A stretch of 64,000 nt of DNA from a virus. Shown piece by piece: positions 9,469-16,577 of the stretch. Every line of letters begins with the position of its first letter. Position 1 is the first letter of the stretch. The notes beneath the pieces were generated by a model. The model searched no databases. It was given only the letters and a program-made list of their open reading frames with translations, and was not told where the DNA came from. The translations under genes and the position numbers were made by a program. The stretch lies in IMG/VR virus record IMGVR_UViG_3300026183_000827. One strand, given 5' to 3'.

Positions 9469-10864
9469 CTGCTAAATCCTTGCACCGGTAATAAAATTTT
9501 GTAAAAGTAGGAAATGTACTTAAAAAATCTTTTTGTCTTCTAAAATCATACGCACTAAAAAATTTATAAAATTGTTTCATTTCTCTTGACTTGTCTCTAT
9601 CTAAATTAGATTTAACAAAATCAATTGCTCGTCGCATTTTTTCAATTTCTGTATCTTGGAAGCCGTGATGTCCAACTAATTGTTCCTTATTAGATAACAT
9701 AAATGTTAAGTCTTCTTCCATAATACGCAATTCATTTTCGCCTGCAAGTGCAACTGTTTGCCAATCAGGATAAGTTAGATAACTAATATCTAACCAAAGT
9801 TTTTTCCAAGTATTAGAACCATTTGCCTTTCTCCATTCTAGAAGCCATTCTAATAATTTTCTAAAATTTGGAATACTTAATAGATTGTAGGTTGCCATAA
9901 TGATTGTTTTAGCTTTCCAATCTAACATAGGTATTTCTGTTGTAACTCTATTTAGATTAACTAAAAATCTATCAAACTCCATTCCGTCACGTATGTATTC
10001 TGCTTGTTCACCAAAACTTTCAGCACTTGTATATAAATCAAAATTTTTAATTTTATTATTAAGTATTAGATCATTTGCAATTTCTATAAGTCTGTCTATA
10101 AACACATCTTGTACTCCAAGATTGGTATTAATGCCTAGTACAAGATTAGGATTTGGATTTTCTTGTATATATTCTAATATACGCCAAGTATGTTTACTTA
10201 ACAACGGTTCGCCGCCTGTGATACGAAATACTTTTAAGTTTGTATAAAGCTCAGGCCAAATTTTCCAAAATGCATCAATGTAAGGATTTTCTTCCCTTGC
10301 AAGTATAGGTATAAGATTTTTAGATTTCATGTAATCTAAATTGTGTACTTCGTAGTCTCCTATATCGTAACCTCCGCACTGTTTAACGTCCTCCATCCAT
10401 TTGCTAGAAATTTGAGGACTACAATACATGCAAGCAAAATTACAAGTATTATTAAAACTAACTTCTACATATGTAGGTAAAAACTTTTCATCTAAAGGAT
10501 TAAGTTGTATTTTTTCTAACTGGCCTTCATTCCAATCCTCACCGCTTTTGTAATGTCTATCACTTAGATGTCCTTGATTTAAGTTTTCGATATTCCAGCA
10601 GTAATTGCATTCTTCTGGCTGTTCGCCTGCTAACATTTTTTTACGCTGTTCAATTTTATAAATTGAATTATGTAATGCATGAGGATTTCTTTTTAGTTCA
10701 TCTAACGGAATAAAATGTGGAGCAGGATGGTGACAACTGTGCGTATGTCCGTTATGTAGGTGCATTGTTACTTGTGTCCACTTAGCAAGACACATTGAAC
10801 AACTTATATTATTAAGATTTTCTCTTGCACGTTCTGCATTAGAGTTATACGAGCTTTTTGACAA
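9461..10864 (-). CDS. Twitch-domain radical SAM protein
   Basis: CNFACMYC, ITGGEPLL and INTN motifs; N-terminal CLAKW..HSCHH..CNYCW; paralogue of 6142..7587. Confidence 0.88.
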   Translation of the reverse strand: MSKSSYNSNAERARENLNNISCSMCLAKWTQVTMHLHNGHTHSCHHPAPHFIPLDELKRNPHALHNSIYKIEQRKKMLAGEQPEECNYCWNIENLNQGHLSDRHYKSGEDWNEGQLEKIQLNPLDEKFLPTYVEVSFNNTCNFACMYCSPQISSKWMEDVKQCGGYDIGDYEVHNLDYMKSKNLIPILAREENPYIDAFWKIWPELYTNLKVFRITGGEPLLSKHTWRILEYIQENPNPNLVLGINTNLGVQDVFIDRLIEIANDLILNNKIKNFDLYTSAESFGEQAEYIRDGMEFDRFLVNLNRVTTEIPMLDWKAKTIIMATYNLLSIPNFRKLLEWLLEWRKANGSNTWKKLWLDISYLTYPDWQTVALAGENELRIMEEDLTFMLSNKEQLVGHHGFQDTEIEKMRRAIDFVKSNLDRDKSREMKQFYKFFSAYDFRRQKDFLSTFPTFTKFYYRCKDLADG

Positions 10865-10874
10865 GAGTGCTCCT

Positions 10875-11792
10875 TTATTCTATATCAATAATTTGGTCTA
10901 ATCTATTTGGATTAGTGTACACCGCTTTAAAAAATTTACTTTGAGATCCATTTAATGGCATAGTAGATATAGGAATTTCTAATTTTTCAATAAGTATATC
11001 TCCTAAGAGTTCTATTTCATTTTCTAAATTTTCTTCTGTCACAGTTTCTATTAACTCATCCCAGTGTTCGTTTAAATAATCAAAATCACGAACATTTACA
11101 TAATCCCAATCTGTACACATAGTTCGCCATAAGCCTTCACGGGCACCGTATATAGCCCATAGACCATTTTCTGCATCGGCACCTACCATCAACCAAATGT
11201 AAAGACGATGTAAATTTTTCCAATGATTTTTATGAAACTCTTCTACAGTTACTTTTACACCACGATCAAGAGCCATCTTAACGCCTTCTCTAAATCCTGC
11301 TCTCCATGCTTGATGCGGAGTAGCATTGTTATATACATCTGAAAAACAACTATTTTGTTGAATGTATCTAACATCCCAGCAAAAATCTACTTGCGCATGT
11401 GCATTTTTTGGATCTGCATTTTCATGAGTACGCATGCGTAGTACAAAGTCTTTGGGCCAGCACTTGATCCCTCCGTTACCGTACATTAATCCATTAACTA
11501 CATTTTTTCCTGCCCAGCTAATTACACAACTTGTTAAATCTTCGTGTTCATCAAAATCAATTTCTTGATTTAAAAAATTTTCGTCTATTATATTATCGCC
11601 GTCAATTGTAATAAAACGATCTGTCTCACTAAGTCTAGCACAGGCTTTGTGTGCGGCATCTGATCCTTTTACACCATGTACACGTTTTGCCCACGGAACT
11701 TTTGAACACAAGTCTGCATAGTTTTTTTCTGCGTTTGGTTCGTCGTATGAAAGGTATATAATATCATAATCTATCGGCTTAAATTTACTCAT
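10875..11792 (-). CDS. GT-A fold (GT2-like) glycosyltransferase
   Basis: YDIIYLSYDEPNA, TIDGD DxD motif, YGNGGIK and AWRAGFRE, shared with 1791..2465. Confidence 0.7.
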   Translation of the reverse strand: MSKFKPIDYDIIYLSYDEPNAEKNYADLCSKVPWAKRVHGVKGSDAAHKACARLSETDRFITIDGDNIIDENFLNQEIDFDEHEDLTSCVISWAGKNVVNGLMYGNGGIKCWPKDFVLRMRTHENADPKNAHAQVDFCWDVRYIQQNSCFSDVYNNATPHQAWRAGFREGVKMALDRGVKVTVEEFHKNHWKNLHRLYIWLMVGADAENGLWAIYGAREGLWRTMCTDWDYVNVRDFDYLNEHWDELIETVTEENLENEIELLGDILIEKLEIPISTMPLNGSQSKFFKAVYTNPNRLDQIIDIE

Positions 11793-13133
11793 TTAGTCAA
11801 TTACCTCATGTCCATAATTTTCAAAGTATTTTGTTGTGTAAACACTTGTTTCATATTCTGTAGGGTTCCAATTATTATCAAATGGAACATAACATTCTTT
11901 GTTATCAATTAATTCTTGTACATTTATAGTAATAGACTTATACAAAATGTTTGGATCATATTTTTCTGTCACACTAAAATATACTACATCATCAGTAGAA
12001 TAACCAGACAATTTTAAAAACTTTTTAGTATACGGGTTTAACATAAATTCCCAGCGTTTTAATTTATTGTTTTGCCTAATTACTAAGTCAAATGTTTTAT
12101 CTATACTATATTTGTATAGTTCTTTACCTATTAAAACTTTTGAACCATTTTTTAAATTTTCTACATTTTCTATATGTAAAAAATCTTTATCAACTGAATA
12201 AATGTCACTACTTGTTAAATTGATTACATTAATTTCGTCGTCTTTAACTTCAATTAGATTATTCCCTGAATAAAAGAAAATCTCTCCAAACTCTCTGTTA
12301 TGCGCAATCTCATGTAAATCTCGCATATACAGTTTATTATAGTCTAAAAATTTTTCACCTATTTTAGTAACATCTTGAAATTTTAATATTTTATTTTCAT
12401 CGTTATATAAAATTACATCTTCAAGAATAACTTCACAATTTTCCTTTTTAAAATTAGTGTTACTTTTTTGATCTTTGATAAATTTATAAATTTTTCCTTT
12501 ATAGAAAACGTGTTGTCCAGTTACATGTTCTAATTCTTTATACCAAACGTCTACATGTACTCCTTCAAAAATAGGTTTATTAACTTCTAATGATACTTTA
12601 TGATCTGTTGTAGACGCTGTTGTAAGTTTTACATCTTCTACAAACACTGAAGCACAATGAGAGTTAAAATCTTCATTTTCTTTGTTAGTTTCTAATAATT
12701 TATAAATGCTTCCTTTGTAATATACAAGTTGATTTTTTTGGTATGAATCTTGTTTAATCCATATATCAATAATTGCACCATCATAAATTTTATCAAAATT
12801 TGTGTGGCTGTCCTTAGATACACTAGTTCTAGTAAATTCATGTATAAAAGATCCTGCAGAATTGTAATGATCTTCGTAATTTAATTCTTTTACAACTACT
12901 TGTTTTGAAGCAAAATCATATACAACAGTAAAATCAGAGACACTTTTAGAGCCTTCTAAAATAGGTTTTACGATGTCTGATGAAACTGCAACTACTTCAT
13001 ATTCTGTTTCTAGTGGACGACGATTTGTAATTTTATAAATTTTGTGATCTTTTTTATCGTAAGAAACATAGCTTTCGTTTTGTTCGGCTTGTTGTACTTT
13101 TATATTTTTTAGTAATTCTTTTAGATTAGACAT
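11793..13133 (-). CDS. Hypothetical protein with two internal CBM5/12-like repeats
   Basis: Repeats WIKQDSYQKNQLVYYKGSIYKL and WYKELEHVTGQHVFYKGKIYKF; coupled to its neighbours. Confidence 0.5.
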   Translation of the reverse strand: MSNLKELLKNIKVQQAEQNESYVSYDKKDHKIYKITNRRPLETEYEVVAVSSDIVKPILEGSKSVSDFTVVYDFASKQVVVKELNYEDHYNSAGSFIHEFTRTSVSKDSHTNFDKIYDGAIIDIWIKQDSYQKNQLVYYKGSIYKLLETNKENEDFNSHCASVFVEDVKLTTASTTDHKVSLEVNKPIFEGVHVDVWYKELEHVTGQHVFYKGKIYKFIKDQKSNTNFKKENCEVILEDVILYNDENKILKFQDVTKIGEKFLDYNKLYMRDLHEIAHNREFGEIFFYSGNNLIEVKDDEINVINLTSSDIYSVDKDFLHIENVENLKNGSKVLIGKELYKYSIDKTFDLVIRQNNKLKRWEFMLNPYTKKFLKLSGYSTDDVVYFSVTEKYDPNILYKSITINVQELIDNKECYVPFDNNWNPTEYETSVYTTKYFENYGHEVID

Positions 13134-13965
13134 TTAGTAATACCTTGTAACGTTCTAATACAGGCGTTTTTTCTATAAATTCATTTTCAGTATAGTGTAG
13201 TATACCTGTTTGAAAATAGTTTCCTATTTTTATTTGACAGTTAGAATTTATATAGCAACCAACCTTATCTAACCAGCTTTTTGTAACACTATCCCAACCT
13301 TGACAATATGGCTTCATATGCACGAATGTAGGATTTTTTACAAATGGATTAGTTATTTGATCTACACAATTTAAATTAACAGCAGCAATAGCAGCACATA
13401 CATCCATACTAGGAAAACTAGGTGTAGATTTTTTTACAACAGATGAATAAAATTTACCATAATCTTTTACTACTGTTTCTAATTCTTTATAAAAGTTCAT
13501 TGCAAAATCGTTTTTCTTAAAATAATGAAACCCAGAAAAAAGATTTGGAAGATTATTTTCTATAAATGCTTTTCTATAATATGATGTATCAGCAATATTA
13601 CCTCTATAATCATAAACATTACTAGTATAATATACATCGTAATTTTTTAAAAATGACCACCAATTATCTATGTTTTCTAACACTAGCATATCAGTGTCTA
13701 AAACTATAGTTTCTTCATAAGGAGTTGCGTGGAATAATTTCCATCTATTTTCTATCTTCCATTCTTTGTCTTCTGCATCATCACCAAATGGTATAGGAAT
13801 AACTTTATCAAAAAGATCTACATATTGCTTAGGAATATCATCGTTAGTAACTAAACTAATTTTGTAATTATTATTAGCTCGCAAACTCATTGCTAGCAAA
13901 CATGCTTGCATTATATAATTGCCAGACTTTGAATTTTGTGCAAGTACTAAGAAACCTTTACTCAT
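13126..13965 (-). CDS. GT-A fold (GT8-like) glycosyltransferase
   Basis: TPYEETIVLDTDML DxD motif, FSGFHYF and FVHMK. Confidence 0.65.
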   Translation of the reverse strand: MSKGFLVLAQNSKSGNYIMQACLLAMSLRANNNYKISLVTNDDIPKQYVDLFDKVIPIPFGDDAEDKEWKIENRWKLFHATPYEETIVLDTDMLVLENIDNWWSFLKNYDVYYTSNVYDYRGNIADTSYYRKAFIENNLPNLFSGFHYFKKNDFAMNFYKELETVVKDYGKFYSSVVKKSTPSFPSMDVCAAIAAVNLNCVDQITNPFVKNPTFVHMKPYCQGWDSVTKSWLDKVGCYINSNCQIKIGNYFQTGILHYTENEFIEKTPVLERYKVLLNV

Positions 13966-14806
13966 AACCTACCTCATCTATAATTCTAGATAAACTAAAC
14001 TTATTCATTACATGCATATTCATATTTTTGGTATTAATTGCATAATATTCGCCTAAATAATCTTTTTTAGCAACTAAAAACAGCATACTTTCGTCGTTCA
14101 TATTCCACAATATGTCTTGATCTGTAATGTAAAGTAATTTACCAGGCATCTCTCCACAAAAGCTACCTTTGTTAAAACCATTTAATATATGCAATGCAAT
14201 ACTAAATGCAAAGTCGTTTCTAAATAAGTTTGATTGTATTTGGTATACTCTTCTATAATGATTCCATTCTTCTTGTATATGTTTTATTAAATCAAAAAAT
14301 AATTTGTTGTCATCTGTTTTTCTAAAAAACACACAAGTTGCCCAGTAAAACTCGCAGCCGCTATCACTTATAAACTCAAATTCTTTTTGATTTCTTGTTC
14401 CGCTTAGTTCGTAAGATTTTTTATACAATAGTAAATCTTGATCGCTATCAAAACAATTTAAAAACAAATCATTATTAATTACAAAATCACTATCTAATAA
14501 AAGAGTTTCGTCATAAGGTGATAAATCATATGCAGACGATCTTGATGAATTTTTAAAAGTATCAGTCTTTGATGCAAGACCGCCGTCATAAAAGTTTCTT
14601 GAGTTTGACTTGTGTTCGTAGTCAACTTTTATAATTTTATCAAAAATATTTTTATCAAACGTTTTTTCTAAATACGCAACATTGTCTGTAATAATAGATG
14701 TAGGTAGATTTAGATATTTTTTTACTCGTTTGGCTAAAAACACTGCTTGTTTTACATAGTCAATGTTATTGTTATTTCTAGCAATTACTAATACACCTTT
14801 ACTCAT
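13958..14806 (-). CDS. GT-A fold (GT8-like) glycosyltransferase
   Basis: SPYDETLLLDSD, FRNDFAFS and HVMNK motifs. The MSKG start at 14806 matches paralogue 13126..13965. Confidence 0.65.
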   Translation of the reverse strand: MSKGVLVIARNNNNIDYVKQAVFLAKRVKKYLNLPTSIITDNVAYLEKTFDKNIFDKIIKVDYEHKSNSRNFYDGGLASKTDTFKNSSRSSAYDLSPYDETLLLDSDFVINNDLFLNCFDSDQDLLLYKKSYELSGTRNQKEFEFISDSGCEFYWATCVFFRKTDDNKLFFDLIKHIQEEWNHYRRVYQIQSNLFRNDFAFSIALHILNGFNKGSFCGEMPGKLLYITDQDILWNMNDESMLFLVAKKDYLGEYYAINTKNMNMHVMNKFSLSRIIDEVGYE

Positions 14807-15152
14807 TTGCGTCAACTAAATTAGGCACCGATCTTTGCTTTTTTAAATTCATAAATTTGTTATAATATTCATTAGATGCTGTAAAATAAACATCTATAAT
14901 ATTAGAATGAAAGTCATCTAAATCTGTAATTTGAACAGGTATTCCGTTATCGTCAACTAAAACAACTTCAGTGTTATCTGTTGATAACAGAGTGTAACAA
15001 AAATTAATTAATTCTCTGGTTACTGTGAACTGAGCGCCGTTATGATAATATAAAAGATCTTGATTGTACGTTTCTTTTAATAATCTTTTTTGATTGTTAA
15101 AAGTAACCATATAGTTGCTAAAATCAAGAGCTTTTTTAAGTCTTTCGTCCAT
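14799..15152 (-). CDS. Hypothetical protein, first gene of the glycan operon
   Basis: 117-aa ORF with an AGGAG ribosome-binding site, directly downstream of a consensus sigma70 promoter. Confidence 0.7.
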   Translation of the reverse strand: MDERLKKALDFSNYMVTFNNQKRLLKETYNQDLLYYHNGAQFTVTRELINFCYTLLSTDNTEVVLVDDNGIPVQITDLDDFHSNIIDVYFTASNEYYNKFMNLKKQRSVPNLVDANE

Positions 15153-15181
15153 AGAGATACTCCTACTATACTTTAACTTAT

Positions 15182-15210
15182 AGTATATAACACTTTTTTT
15201 AATTTGTCAA
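15182..15210 (-). promoter_or_regulatory. sigma70-type promoter for the glycan/radical SAM operon
   Basis: Minus strand TTGACA-17 nt-TATACT. Confidence 0.8.
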
Positions 15211-15222
15211 GGAAAGTTTGGC

Positions 15223-16530
15223 TTAGAAATTAGAAACTGTTGCGCCAACAGCATCTGATTCGTCATAGATAACAGTATCAATTGTCTCACCGTTTATTAA
15301 AATGCTTCCGCTAGGAATAGCTAAGAACATAGAACTACTAAGTGTACCTTGAACATATTCATCAATCACTTCACTATGAGCATCTTGGCAACTAAGTTTG
15401 ATTTGAATTTTTTGCGAATTAACTTTAAGAGCATCTATTACAACTCTATTATTACTATATGACACAGCACTACCACTAGTATAAATTCTTGTATACGAAC
15501 TACTTAAATCTTCGTAACCTTTTGTAGTTGTTAATCCTGTACTGTCTGTGACTTTATCAATACTTACAGCAATTTGTCCAAGTGTATTCAACAAAGTTTG
15601 CCAATTTTTTGTTTTTAGCTGTGATCCTGTATAAGCTATAGATAGTGCGCAACGTACTTGTCCGCCTGCATTAAAAAAACTATCTAAACTAGTTTCGCTA
15701 CTAAAATCTACAGTAAAAATATGACTAACAGTTGTTCTCCACACTAAGCTTCTTGAGCTTGATAATTGAGTAGTACCATCTGAAAGATATAAAGGCACAA
15801 TATTTGCCTGATTTGCTACATCGATATTGAATCTAGTTGTTTCTAAAGACGCTACTTTAGACTCTAGTCCTGATATGTATGCTTCTTCTACTTTGTCTGT
15901 TGATGCTAAGTTTGTAGCATAGTCTCCTACAACAAAGGGATCTATTGTAATAGACGATCCGTTTTGGTGTGCATCTATTCTTACAATGTCTTTGTATAAG
16001 TTAATATATTCGTTATCGTCAACAATATCTGTATCAGAAATTACAGGAGAACTTAATAATGTTTGACCATACCCGTAACCAGCAATGCCCCTATCTGATA
16101 CTACAGTTCCTACTCCAGAATATAAGAAACTTTTACTAGAAGTTAATGATCGTTGAGCATCTGTTTGGCCGTCTGACTGGACAAATGTACTAAAACTTAC
16201 AGCATAAAAGAAGTTATCTATGGTTTGTGATTGGGTGATACCGTTAGTTAAGTCATTTACCCAATATGCTACACCCAATGCCTTTGCTTTTCTAAACAAT
16301 CCGTATCTAGTGCCTAGGCTTGTACTAAAAGTATCATTACTCTCGTATAAATTTAACACAAAATCTTTGTAAGCAATAACAGTTGATTTTGCAGTGCCGC
16401 TCCAGTATGTAGTTTTGTATTCATCGTACCAGCTGTCCCAGTCATAAGTCGCAGAAGTGGAGGGTCCGAGAATTTGTTCTACTTGAGAATATAAGTCATT
16501 AAATCTAGACGCATTAATAGTAACAGGCAA
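15223..16530 (-). CDS. Virion tail-associated protein with an inserted DUF4214-like domain
   Basis: TTG start with AAGGAG RBS. Paralogous to the N-terminal ~300 aa of 16578..19436 (GYGQTL, FFNxGGQ). Confidence 0.6.
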   Translation of the reverse strand: MPVTINASRFNDLYSQVEQILGPSTSATYDWDSWYDEYKTTYWSGTAKSTVIAYKDFVLNLYESNDTFSTSLGTRYGLFRKAKALGVAYWVNDLTNGITQSQTIDNFFYAVSFSTFVQSDGQTDAQRSLTSSKSFLYSGVGTVVSDRGIAGYGYGQTLLSSPVISDTDIVDDNEYINLYKDIVRIDAHQNGSSITIDPFVVGDYATNLASTDKVEEAYISGLESKVASLETTRFNIDVANQANIVPLYLSDGTTQLSSSRSLVWRTTVSHIFTVDFSSETSLDSFFNAGGQVRCALSIAYTGSQLKTKNWQTLLNTLGQIAVSIDKVTDSTGLTTTKGYEDLSSSYTRIYTSGSAVSYSNNRVVIDALKVNSQKIQIKLSCQDAHSEVIDEYVQGTLSSSMFLAIPSGSILINGETIDTVIYDESDAVGATVSNF

Positions 16531-16549
16531 TTTTATTTCTCCTTATTAC

Positions 16550-16556
16550 TATTTAT
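16550..16556 (-). promoter_or_regulatory. T4-like late promoter
   Basis: ATAAATA about 20 nt upstream of the 16530 start; the motif recurs before several structural genes. Confidence 0.55.
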
Positions 16557-16577
16557 TTTCTATTAAGTATTCATTCA

